A stretch of 64,000 nt of DNA from Spirochaetia bacterium (GTDB lineage Bacteria > Spirochaetota > Spirochaetia > SZUA-6 > Bin103): positions 3,360,001 to 3,424,000 of the forward strand of contig OZ241863.1 in assembly GCA_965203055.1 (NCBI GenBank), written 5' to 3'. The notes beneath the pieces are model-generated. The model worked only from the letters and a program-made list of their open reading frames with translations. It ran no database searches and was not told where the DNA came from. Both the position numbers and the translations under genes were made by a program. Shown piece by piece: positions 39,051 through 48,206 of this stretch. Numbering within the stretch: the stretch's first letter is position 1; every line of letters starts with the position of its first letter.

Positions 39051-41180
39051 CAGGAAAATCCCATGCTACAGAGGCTGGTGGGAACCGCGCCGACGCGGAG
39101 GCCGCAGTGGCGAGCGACAATCAAGATGAGAACCGAGCGGCTGCCTCCGGCGGAGGGGAATGGGACAGCGGGTGGCGCACCTGAGGGCCGGTTCCCGACC
39201 GTAGTCGCACAGTTGGCCCCCGGACGGCGACCGGATGGGAGCGCGGGGCGGGCCGGGAGTGGTTCGAGGAGTGGGGGCGGAGCGCTTGAAGCGGGCTGCG
39301 CCAGCCTCAGCCGGGCGCCATGAGGGCCTTGATGGCTACCTTCGGGCGCCCGGTAAAGTAGCGTAGTGCCGACGCCACGTTGGTCCACCGGCGGTAGCGC
39401 AGGATCAGTGCCAGCACCAGGTTGTTGCACACCGCGCGATTGGCTGGCGCCGCGTGGCGCCGCGCCAGGCAGGCATCCTCAGCCAAGGTGCGGTCGCGGC
39501 GATGGTGGTTCTTCGACTCGATCGCCCAGTGGCCGCGGTTCCAGGCCAGCAGTTGCTCCGCAGAGGCTTCGGAGGCCGGCACCGAAGTGATGCCGTAGGC
39601 GTAGGTAACGGTCTTCTCGCCGCTCTTGAGCACGTGGCGGTCGCGGCGCACCCGGAACACCTGCGCGACGTGCGGGTAGTTGAGGGTGTTGGGCGGCAAG
39701 GTCATAACTTCGATGTGGCGCCGTTCGATGCGGCCATGGGCCTTCTCGGACGCTGTGGAGAAGCGCGCGGTAGCGTGTTCCCAGGGGATGCTGACGAGTG
39801 CCTCGTAGGTCTCGGAGGAGTTCTGCTTGACGGTCATCTGATAGTGGGCCTGGTGCTGTTCGACGATCTTGGTGGCGGTGTCGCGGGTGGTGTGGAGGGC
39901 ATCGAGGGTGATCACCGCGCCGCCGATCGAGACCGTCTCCAGCAGGGCGCCGACGGCGGCCAACTCGCCATTCTCGTCGTGGAAGTTGAGACTGGCGAGC
40001 GGCACGCCGGTGCCGTGCTCGACCAGGGTGGCGGTCTCGTAGCGTAGCGAGCCGTGGCGATTGGCGCCGCGAATGCGCTTGCCGTCGGCCGCGATGGCGC
40101 GGCGTTGGCGCGGAGCTGGCGGTGGCAGGCGGGACTCGGAATAGCGCTGCAGGATCGCTTCGAGGTGCTCGGTATCGGCGTGCATGAGCACGCGGTGGAT
40201 GGTGGACTTGGGGGGCGGATGGTAGCGCCCGGAGCGCCGATTGCGCCACGCGCCAATATCTTTGAGGTCCTTCTGCGTGAGCCTCTGAGCATACTCCGCC
40301 GCCGCGACCGGGCCGCGAAAGTTGCCCAGCGCAGCCAACAGGTAGACCGTCAGCACGGTCGCAATGGAGTGCTTGCGGCCCTGGCCGCGGCGGTAGTCGG
40401 GGAGGTCTTCGAGTTCGGCGTACAGACTGCGCTTGTCGACTGCGGCGTTATCGTCTGGGTGTTCGGGCCGTGCCCGCCAGCAGTCTGGCAGCTTGCCGGG
40501 CTGGCTGAGGATGCGCCGGGCATCGCGCCGCAAAGGGCGCACGAAGAGACGCTTCGGGTGGCCGTGAGGGTCGGTGTAGTGGCCGTTGCTGCGCGCGTAG
40601 CCCTTGCTGTCGCCGACGTAGGTCCAGTTGCCGGCCTGATACAGGGTGCCGGAGAAGCGCTGCGGATCGACGAAGCTCTCCGCAACCAGCAGCGGATGGC
40701 CGTAGTGCTGCTGCCAATCGGCGCTGAGTTGGCGCAGCATCGCGGCCATCATCCTGGAGGCGAGATTGGGAAACACGCCGCGCTGGCCCAGGACCACGAA
40801 GCGGGTGTTGTTGGCCACCAGATGGAGGCGGCGGAACATTTCGGGGCGGCGCCAGCCGATCCAGCGATCGCGGGGAGCGCACTTGAGGGCGGCGCCCTGC
40901 CAGCCGGCGAGCGCGAGCCAGCGCCCGCGCCAGACGGCGAGATAGCGCAGGCCGCGACCGGCGAAGCGGGTGAAGCCGAGATAGTGATGGTGGTTCATCA
41001 GCGCGTCCCACTGGACGCGCTCGTGGGGGTGTGCGAGGCGCACCTCCACTTCGTCGAGCGCAAACCCTGGGGGCGTGGCCTGGGGCAGGGGTTCGTCGAG
41101 CACCTTCCGAGAGTCCATGGCCTAAGCCTATCAACTCAGTTCTCGGCAGTCCAGTCCCCCCTTAGCATGGGATCGCCTTG
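39051..41180 (-). mobile_element. Complete ISAs1-family insertion sequence (2130 bp)
   Basis: Imperfect TIRs CAGGAAAATCCCATGCTA / CAAGGCGATCCCATGCTA (14 of 18 identical); 9-bp TSD CCGCCATCG at 39042-39050 and 41181-41189. Confidence 0.9.
39307..41118 (-). CDS. ISAs1-family DDE transposase with an N-terminal DUF4338 domain
   Basis: HHYLG...RDRWIGW...ANNTRF...ESFVDP...YQAGNW; DYRRGQGRKH, IAADGK, TLDALHT, HWAIE. Confidence 0.9.
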   Translation of the reverse strand: MDSRKVLDEPLPQATPPGFALDEVEVRLAHPHERVQWDALMNHHHYLGFTRFAGRGLRYLAVWRGRWLALAGWQGAALKCAPRDRWIGWRRPEMFRRLHLVANNTRFVVLGQRGVFPNLASRMMAAMLRQLSADWQQHYGHPLLVAESFVDPQRFSGTLYQAGNWTYVGDSKGYARSNGHYTDPHGHPKRLFVRPLRRDARRILSQPGKLPDCWRARPEHPDDNAAVDKRSLYAELEDLPDYRRGQGRKHSIATVLTVYLLAALGNFRGPVAAAEYAQRLTQKDLKDIGAWRNRRSGRYHPPPKSTIHRVLMHADTEHLEAILQRYSESRLPPPAPRQRRAIAADGKRIRGANRHGSLRYETATLVEHGTGVPLASLNFHDENGELAAVGALLETVSIGGAVITLDALHTTRDTATKIVEQHQAHYQMTVKQNSSETYEALVSIPWEHATARFSTASEKAHGRIERRHIEVMTLPPNTLNYPHVAQVFRVRRDRHVLKSGEKTVTYAYGITSVPASEASAEQLLAWNRGHWAIESKNHHRRDRTLAEDACLARRHAAPANRAVCNNLVLALILRYRRWTNVASALRYFTGRPKVAIKALMAPG

Positions 41181-41237
41181 CCGCCATCGGCTCCATCTTA
41201 TCAAGGCAGGCGCGGGCGCGGTACAGTACCGGTTGCG

Positions 41238-42593
41238 ATGACCTATCGGTTGCTGGCGCTGGGCTGCCAGATGAATACTTCGGACGGGGAGCGGATCGCG
41301 GCGGTGCTGCAGGGGGCCGGCTTCACCGAGGCGGCTACCGAGCGGCAGGCCGACCTGCTGGGCGTGGTGGCGTGCTCGGTGCGCCAGAAGGCGATCGACC
41401 GCGTCTACGGCCGCATCCGCGAGTGGAACCGATGGAAGCGGGAGCGGCCGCTGCTCACCTTCGTGTCCGGCTGCATCCTGCCGGAGGACGAAGCGAAGTT
41501 CCTGCGCCTGTTCGACCTGGTGTTCCGCATCGACGACCTGCCGCAGCTCCCGGAGATGATCCGCACCTCAGGCGTGGTCACGCCCGCGGCGGTCGCCGCC
41601 GCCCTGCAGCCGGGCCGCTCGGTGACGCTCAACCACACCGATCGGTTCTGGGGCATCACGCCGCGCTACGGTTCGGCCCATGCCGCCTACGTGCCGATTC
41701 AGAACGGCTGCGACAAGATGTGTACCTTCTGCGCCGTGCCCTACACGCGCGGGCGCGAGGTGTCGCGTCCGGCCGGCGACGTGCTACGCGAGGTGGCGGA
41801 CCTGGTGGAGCGCGGCTACCGCAGCATCACGCTGCTCGGCCAGAACGTGAACTCCTACGGCCGCGATCGGCCGGGAGCCGAACCCACCTTTGCCGCCCTG
41901 CTCGACAAGGTGGGGGCGCTGTGCGATTCCGCTCCGCAGAAGGTGTGGGTCTACTTCACTTCGCCGCACCCGGCGGACATGTCGCCCGCGGTGCTGGAGT
42001 GCATCGCCGAGCACGCGTCCCTGGCCAAGCAGATCCACCTGCCGATGCAGTCGGCCGACGACAAGGTGCTGATTCGCATGAACCGCAACCACCGCCTGGA
42101 CCAGTACCGCGCCGTGGTCGAACGGATCCGCGCGCTGCTGCCAACGGCCACGCTGTTTACCGACGTGATCGTCGGGTTCTGCGGCGAAACCGAGGAGCAG
42201 TTCGAGCGCACCCGCCGCGCCATGGAGGAGTTCGCATTCGACATGGCCTACATCGCGATCTATTCGCCGCGCCCCGGGGCCGCCGCGGCGCGCTGGCCGG
42301 ACGATGTCCCGCAGGCTGAGAAGAAGCGGCGGCTGCAGGTGCTGTCGGCGGTGCTGCAAGAGACCGCCCTGCGCCACAACCGGCGTTGGGAGGGACGCAC
42401 CGCTGAGGTGCTGGTGGAGGCCGAAGACCGCCGGCCGGGGCTGCTGCTGGGCCGCACCGAGGGCCGCATCCCGGTGCGCTTTCCGGGCGGCGCCGACCTG
42501 CTCGGCACCCGCCTGGAAGTGGAGATCGAGCGCGCCCGGCCGCTGTCGCTGGAAGGGCAGCCGGCGGTGCCGGCGGCGCTGGCCGCCTCTTGA
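41238..42593 (+). CDS. miaB: tRNA (i6A37) methylthiotransferase MiaB
   Basis: LGCQMNTSD, CSVRQKA, GCDKMCTFCAVPYTRG, LLGQNVNSY, C-terminal TRAM domain. Confidence 0.93.
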   Translation: MTYRLLALGCQMNTSDGERIAAVLQGAGFTEAATERQADLLGVVACSVRQKAIDRVYGRIREWNRWKRERPLLTFVSGCILPEDEAKFLRLFDLVFRIDDLPQLPEMIRTSGVVTPAAVAAALQPGRSVTLNHTDRFWGITPRYGSAHAAYVPIQNGCDKMCTFCAVPYTRGREVSRPAGDVLREVADLVERGYRSITLLGQNVNSYGRDRPGAEPTFAALLDKVGALCDSAPQKVWVYFTSPHPADMSPAVLECIAEHASLAKQIHLPMQSADDKVLIRMNRNHRLDQYRAVVERIRALLPTATLFTDVIVGFCGETEEQFERTRRAMEEFAFDMAYIAIYSPRPGAAAARWPDDVPQAEKKRRLQVLSAVLQETALRHNRRWEGRTAEVLVEAEDRRPGLLLGRTEGRIPVRFPGGADLLGTRLEVEIERARPLSLEGQPAVPAALAAS

Positions 42594-43879
42594 CCGCGGC
42601 GCCGCCGATCGCGCTGCCGCCGGGATTCCGGCGCCGGCCGCTGGCCGAACGGCAGGCAGCGCTTGCCGCGGCCCTGGGCGGCGAGTTGCCGCCCGCGCTC
42701 GCCGGCGACGCGGAAACGAACGCGCTGGCGGACCTGCTGATAGAGAATGCCGTCGGGGCGTTTCCGATTCCCCTTGGGTTGGCGACCGGTTTTCTGATCG
42801 ATGGCGAGGAGCTGAACATTCCGCTCGCCACCGAAGAGGCCTCGGTGGTGGCGGCCGCGAGTTACGCCGCTCGGTTGCTGGCCGCCGGGGACCGCGGCGC
42901 CGGCATTCGCACCGCGGCCGCTCCTCCCATCGCTACCGTTCAGCTCTTCCTGGAGCAGACCCGGCATGAGGCGGAGGCCGCGGTGCTGGCCGCGCAGGCG
43001 GAGATAGCCGCGCTGGTGGATGGCGCGGTGACGACCCTGGCGGCGCGCGGCGGCGGTTTTCGCGGCCTGGTGGTCGAGCGGCTCAGCGCCGCGCTCAAAG
43101 TGGAGATCGATCTCGACGTGCGCGACGCCATGGGCGCGAACAAGGTCAATACTGCCGGCGAGGCGGCGCGGCCACTGCTGGAGCGGCTCACCGGCGGGCG
43201 GCTGCTGATGGCCATCGTCACCAATGCCAGCCGCCGCGCACTGGTGCGGGCGGCCGGTCAGGTGCCGTGCGAGCGGCTGGCGCGCGCCGGCCATTCCGGC
43301 GCTCAGGTAGCGCAGCGCATCGCGCGCGCCGCGGCCATCGCCGCCGCCGACCACGACCGCGCGGTAACCCACAACAAGGGCGTGCTCAACGGCATCGCCG
43401 CGCTTGTCCAGGCAACCGGCAACGACACCCGCGCGGTGGAGGCCGCGGTCCACGGCTGGGCCGCCGCCGGCGGCCGCTACGCGCCGGTCACCAGCTACCA
43501 CGTCGCCGATGACGCCCTGCACTGCCGGCTGGAGTGCCCGCTGCCGCTCGGCAGCGTGGGCGGCGCCGTCGGCCTGCACCCGGTGAGCCGCCTCGCGCTG
43601 CGCATCCTCGGCCAGCCGGACAGCCGCCGCCTGGCGGCCATCGCCGCCGCGGTCGGGCTGGCGCAGAACCTCGCCGCGCTGCGGGCGCTGGTGACCGAAG
43701 GCATTCAGCACGGCCACATGCGCCTGCACGCGGAACGGCTGGCCTTCAGCGCCGGCGCGCGCGACGCCGAGGTGCCGGCGATCGCCGCGGCGCTGGCGGC
43801 CGCGGGGCAGATGGACGTGGCCGCCGCCCGCCAACTGCTGCAGGAGCGGCGCGAGGGCAGGGTTGGCCGGCGCGCGTAG
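42590..43879 (+). CDS. mvaA: Class II HMG-CoA reductase
   Basis: IENAVG, PLATEEASVVAA, DAMGAN, HNKG, GNDTRA, GIQHGHM. Confidence 0.95.
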   Translation: MTAAPPIALPPGFRRRPLAERQAALAAALGGELPPALAGDAETNALADLLIENAVGAFPIPLGLATGFLIDGEELNIPLATEEASVVAAASYAARLLAAGDRGAGIRTAAAPPIATVQLFLEQTRHEAEAAVLAAQAEIAALVDGAVTTLAARGGGFRGLVVERLSAALKVEIDLDVRDAMGANKVNTAGEAARPLLERLTGGRLLMAIVTNASRRALVRAAGQVPCERLARAGHSGAQVAQRIARAAAIAAADHDRAVTHNKGVLNGIAALVQATGNDTRAVEAAVHGWAAAGGRYAPVTSYHVADDALHCRLECPLPLGSVGGAVGLHPVSRLALRILGQPDSRRLAAIAAAVGLAQNLAALRALVTEGIQHGHMRLHAERLAFSAGARDAEVPAIAAALAAAGQMDVAAARQLLQERREGRVGRRA

Positions 43880-44825
43880 GGTACGGGTGCGAGCCGCCCC
43901 GTCGCTGGCGCTGGTCAAGTACTGGGGCAAGGCCGACGCGCGGCGCAACCTGGCGGCTACTTCCAGCCTCGCGGTGACGGTCACCGGCCTGTACACCGAG
44001 ACGCGGCTGCAGGAGGCCGAATCCGACCACCTGACGGTAGACGACGCCGTGGTGCCGGCGGCGCGGCATGCCCCCTTCTTCAGCGCCGCGCGCGCCGCGC
44101 TGGGAGTGACCACCCGCTATCGGGCCGCGGCGCGCAACAACTTTCCCGGCGCCGCGGGACTGGCCAGCTCGGCGTCGTTGTTTGCCGCGCTGGCGGCGGG
44201 CTGCGCCGCGCTGGCCGGCGCGCCGCGGGCGCCCGCCCGCCTCTCGGCGCTGGCGCGCGTCGGCTCGGCCTCCGCGGCGCGCGCCGTGTGGGGCGGGTTC
44301 AGCGCGCTGCCGGCCGGCGCCGAGACCGCCTTTTGCGCGTTCCCGCCGGACCACTGGCCGGAGTTGCGGCTGCTGGTGGCGGTTACCTCGCGGCGCCGCA
44401 AGCCGATCTCGTCGCGCGCGGCGATGCTGCGGGTAGCGGAGACCTCTCCATACTACGGCGCCTGGGTCGCCGGCGCGGAGCCCACCTTCCAGGCGGCGCT
44501 GGCAGCGGTGCGCGCCCGCGACCTGCGGCAGCTCGGCCCGCACCTGCGCGCCAGCTACCTGCGCATGTTCGGCACCATGTTCGCCGCCGACCCACCGATC
44601 AACTACCTGCGCCCGCAATCGCTGCGAGTACTGGAAGTATTGGAAACGTTGCGCGGCGCCGGCATCGACGCCTGGGAGACCATGGACGCCGGCCCGCAGG
44701 TCAAGATCGCCTGTCTGGAGGCTGACGTCGACCGGGTCCGCGCCGCCCTGCTCGCCGGGGCCGGGCTGGCGCCCACCGACCTGATCGAGACCGCGCCCGG
44801 TCCGGGCCCCTGCCTCCTTGACTGA
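43863..44825 (+). CDS. mvaD: Diphosphomevalonate decarboxylase
   Basis: ALVKYWGK, AAGLASSAS, GSASAAR, TMDAGPQVK. Confidence 0.93.
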   Translation: MAGARRVRVRAAPSLALVKYWGKADARRNLAATSSLAVTVTGLYTETRLQEAESDHLTVDDAVVPAARHAPFFSAARAALGVTTRYRAAARNNFPGAAGLASSASLFAALAAGCAALAGAPRAPARLSALARVGSASAARAVWGGFSALPAGAETAFCAFPPDHWPELRLLVAVTSRRRKPISSRAAMLRVAETSPYYGAWVAGAEPTFQAALAAVRARDLRQLGPHLRASYLRMFGTMFAADPPINYLRPQSLRVLEVLETLRGAGIDAWETMDAGPQVKIACLEADVDRVRAALLAGAGLAPTDLIETAPGPGPCLLD

Positions 44826-45765
44826 GCGCTGCGCCGCGGCGGCGCCGGGCAGCGTGCTGCTGCTCGGCGAGTACGCCGTGACCGAGCCGGAGGCGCCGGG
44901 CATGGCATTGGCGGTGCTGCCCGAAGTTCGCGCCGCCGGCGTTGCCGGCCGCCCGCCGCGCATCACCGGCCGGATGGGCCGGCAGCGGTTTACCTGGACG
45001 CCGCAGGCGTGCGACTCGGCGCTGTTCGCCGCCCTGGTGGAGGAGTGCGGGGCGCCGCGCGGCGGCATCGAAGTGGACTCCGGCGCCTTCGCCGGACCGC
45101 GCGGCAAGCTGGGGTTGGGCTCCAGCGCGGCAGTGGCCGCGGCGGTAGCGGCGCTGCTGTTGTACGACCCGCAACCGGGCGCGGCGCCCGCCCTCGACCG
45201 GCGCCGCGTGTTCGCGGCGGCGCTCGCTGCCCACCGGGCGGCGCAGGGCGGACGCGGCAGCGGCTACGACGTGGCGGCCTCGGTATGGGGCGGGGCGGTG
45301 CGCTTTACCGGCGGCCGCACGCCGGCCGCGGCGCGCCGCCGGCCGCCGGCGCTGCCGCAACTCTACCTGGTCAGCGGGGCGCGGCCAATGGCCACTCCCG
45401 CGGCCGTCGCGCGCTACGAACGGTGGCGGCAGCGCGACCCGGCCGCGGCCGAGCGGTTCCGCGCGCGCTCGCGGGAGGTGGTCGAACAGTTCCTGGCGGC
45501 TACCGAGGCCGCCGCCTGCTGCGCCGCGCTCGGCGCCGGCGGCGAGTTGATCCGCTGGCTCGGGGCGCGTATCGGCGTGGCGGTGGAACCGCCCGACCTG
45601 CGCGCCCGCCTGGATCAGTTTCGCGCCCGCGGCTGGGCCGCCAAGCCGGTAGGGGCCGGCGGCGAGTTGGGGGTGGCCGCGGCGCCGGCGGGTTTGGCGC
45701 CCCCGCCTGCGCCCTACGCCGCGCCGTTGAGACTGGCGGCGGAGGGATTGCGCTGGCTGAGCTGA
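44818..45765 (+). CDS. Phosphomevalonate kinase (GHMP family)
   Basis: GSVLLLGEYAV, KLGLGSSAA, GSGYDVAAS, GAGGE; operon context. Confidence 0.8.
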   Translation: MTERCAAAAPGSVLLLGEYAVTEPEAPGMALAVLPEVRAAGVAGRPPRITGRMGRQRFTWTPQACDSALFAALVEECGAPRGGIEVDSGAFAGPRGKLGLGSSAAVAAAVAALLLYDPQPGAAPALDRRRVFAAALAAHRAAQGGRGSGYDVAASVWGGAVRFTGGRTPAAARRRPPALPQLYLVSGARPMATPAAVARYERWRQRDPAAAERFRARSREVVEQFLAATEAAACCAALGAGGELIRWLGARIGVAVEPPDLRARLDQFRARGWAAKPVGAGGELGVAAAPAGLAPPPAPYAAPLRLAAEGLRWLS

Positions 45766-46793
45766 GCGGACGCGCCACCGGCAAGCTGCTGCTGTTCGGC
45801 GAACATGCCGCGGTCTACGGCCACCCCGCCCTCGGCATCAATCTGCCGTGGACGATTGAGGTACGCGTCAGCCCGCTTCCGGCGGCCAGCGCCTCCGGCG
45901 GGCTACGCTCCGCTGGCGCGCGGATTCCGCCGCTGCCCCCGCTCCCGCCGCTGCCGGCGCCGCTCGCCGCCATGCTCGCGCTTCCCGGCGAACCGGCGCT
46001 GATCGAAGTTCGTTCGCAGATCCCGATCGGGCTCGGGTTCGGTTCCAGCGCCGGGCTGTGCGCGGCCGCCGAACGCGCGTTGACGGGCAGGGCGCCCGCC
46101 AAGTCCACGGCGGTGTGGCGCGGAGCCCATGAGCGCGAGAAAGTGTTCCACGGCACGCCGTCGGGCGCCGACACCGGTCTTGCGATCCATCCCGGCATGG
46201 GGTTTCTGAGCTGGACGGAGGCGTCCGGCGGGCTGCCGAGCTACGAGCCGCTGCCGGTGTCCGACCTGCATCTCGTGGTCGCTGCCGTGCCGCGGCGCGG
46301 CGCCACCAAGGCGCAGGTCGCCGCAATCGCCGAGCGCATGCGCGCCGGCGACAGCGCTACGAACGACGCCTTGCGCCACCTCGGCCAGTGCAGCCGCGCG
46401 GCCCGCGAGCTCACGCTCCGGCCGCGGCTGCCGGCGGCGGAACTCGGCGCCGTGGCCGACGCCGCCCAGCGGCTCCTTGCCGGACTCGGCCTGGCCGATC
46501 CCTTGCAGGACCGGCTGCTACGCGCCGCGCGCGACGCAGGGGCCTGCGGCGGCAAGCTCAGCGGGGCCGGCGGCGGCGGCGCCTTCTTTCTGGTGTGCCC
46601 CGGCGCCGCGGCCGCGGCGCCGGTTCTGGCCGCGGTCCGCGGCCGGGCCGCGGCCGCCGCTCACCTCGTCGTTGGCGCCGGCGGCACGCGGCTGGCAGAC
46701 CCGGAATCACGGCCCTGGTCCATCGACCGCTGGCTGCACCGGCCGCCGCCCGCAGACCCCACGTCGACTGCGGCGACCGGCGGCGCCCGGTAG
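45753..46793 (+). CDS. mvk: Mevalonate kinase (probable CTG start)
   Basis: GKLLLFGEHAAVYG, PIGLGFGSSA, HGTPSGAD, KLSGAGGGG. Confidence 0.88.
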   Translation: MAELSGRATGKLLLFGEHAAVYGHPALGINLPWTIEVRVSPLPAASASGGLRSAGARIPPLPPLPPLPAPLAAMLALPGEPALIEVRSQIPIGLGFGSSAGLCAAAERALTGRAPAKSTAVWRGAHEREKVFHGTPSGADTGLAIHPGMGFLSWTEASGGLPSYEPLPVSDLHLVVAAVPRRGATKAQVAAIAERMRAGDSATNDALRHLGQCSRAARELTLRPRLPAAELGAVADAAQRLLAGLGLADPLQDRLLRAARDAGACGGKLSGAGGGGAFFLVCPGAAAAAPVLAAVRGRAAAAAHLVVGAGGTRLADPESRPWSIDRWLHRPPPADPTSTAATGGAR

Positions 46794-46828
46794 CGGACCG
46801 CGCCGCTTCCGGCGTACCCTGAGCGCGC

Positions 46829-47668
46829 TTGCACGTGATCACCTTCGCATCTGTCGAGCGGAGCCTGGCCGCTCTGCCGGCGGGGCAGGCCGGCCGCTGG
46901 GGGTTTCGCTCCGGCGCGCGCGGCACCCATACCAGCCGGACGATCATGCTCCGGGAGCTCTCGCTCCTGCTTCAGGCCGCGCCGATCGAGGCGGCGCGCG
47001 CCGCCTGCGCGCGGCTCGTCATCGACGAGAATTGCCTGGGCAAGCGCACCGCGGCGACGCGCAAGGCGTCGCTGCAGCGGCTGCGGGAGCTGTACGGCCT
47101 CGACCGCCGGCTGCTCCTGTTCCGGGTCCTCCGAACGCTGTGGCCGCACCACGAGTCGAGCCGCCCGCGGCTGGCGCTGCTGCTCGCCCTGGCGCGCGAC
47201 CCGCTGCTGCGCGCTACCGCCCCGGCCGTGCTCGGCTGCCCCGTCGGCGGGACGCTCTCCCGGCAGGCGGTGACCGACCTCGTCTCCGACGCGGCCGGCG
47301 ATCGCCTGAACCGGCGCACCGCGGATCAGGTGGTGCGCAACGCCCTCTCCTCCTGGACCCAGTCCGGGCACCTGCGCGGCGCCGGCATCAAGGTCCGGCA
47401 GCGGGTACCGGCGACGCCAGCCGCCGCCGCGTACGCGCTGCTGCTCGGCTACGCCGCCGGCCGGCGCGGCGGCCTGCTGTTCGAGACCCCCTGGTGCGCG
47501 GTCCTCGACGCCGGCGCGGGCGGCCTGGTGGGGCAGGCCGCGGCGGCGAAGCGCCTCGGCCTGCTCGATCTCAAGCAATCGGGGCCGATGATCGACGTTT
47601 CATTTGGTATCATGTTGGCGGATACCGGCGGGAGACTTGGCCATGGGACGCATCGACAAGCTGGCTGA
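46829..47668 (+). CDS. brxA: BREX BrxA-like protein (start uncertain)
   Basis: HTSRTIML, NCLGKRT, RDPLLR, SSWTQSGHL; directly upstream of brxB and brxC. Confidence 0.7.
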   Translation: MHVITFASVERSLAALPAGQAGRWGFRSGARGTHTSRTIMLRELSLLLQAAPIEAARAACARLVIDENCLGKRTAATRKASLQRLRELYGLDRRLLLFRVLRTLWPHHESSRPRLALLLALARDPLLRATAPAVLGCPVGGTLSRQAVTDLVSDAAGDRLNRRTADQVVRNALSSWTQSGHLRGAGIKVRQRVPATPAAAAYALLLGYAAGRRGGLLFETPWCAVLDAGAGGLVGQAAAAKRLGLLDLKQSGPMIDVSFGIMLADTGGRLGHGTHRQAG

Positions 47669-48206
47669 GCGCTACGAACGCTACCTCGCGCTGCCGTGGG
47701 AGCAGGACCTTGCCGGCGCCGAGCGGGTGATCTTCCTGGTCTACGACAAGAGCGACGAACGGCGCCTGCGCGCGCGCAAGACCCTCTTCGAGCTGGCCAC
47801 CAGGCGGGCCGGACACCACTGGCAGGAGTGCGATCTGACGGCGGCGTTCGCGCGCTGGATGGCCGGGATCGACTACCGCGACAGCTACTTCGAGGCGCCG
47901 GAAGATCTGGAACTCAAGCTCGAAGAGGACTTCGCGGAGTACGCGGCCGCCTGGGTCCGCGAGACATTGCGGTCGCCGCAAGCCGGCCGCGGCTCGGGCG
48001 GCTCGGTCACCGGCGTGTTCGGCATCGCCTCGCTGTTCGGGTTCGTCCGCCTGTCCGAGCTGATGAGGGCGGTCGAGCAGGACGTCGCCGGCCGCCTCGC
48101 GGTGTTCTTTCCGGGCGAATATGAAGACAGTCAGTACCGGCTGTTGAACGCTCGGGACGGCTGGAACTACCTGGCCGTGCCGATCACCGCGCACGACGAA
48201 CGATGA
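47643..48206 (+). CDS. brxB: BREX BrxB (DUF1788)
   Basis: FLVYDKSDERRLR, GRLAVFFPGEY, RDGWNYLA. Confidence 0.85.
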   Translation: MGRIDKLAERYERYLALPWEQDLAGAERVIFLVYDKSDERRLRARKTLFELATRRAGHHWQECDLTAAFARWMAGIDYRDSYFEAPEDLELKLEEDFAEYAAAWVRETLRSPQAGRGSGGSVTGVFGIASLFGFVRLSELMRAVEQDVAGRLAVFFPGEYEDSQYRLLNARDGWNYLAVPITAHDER

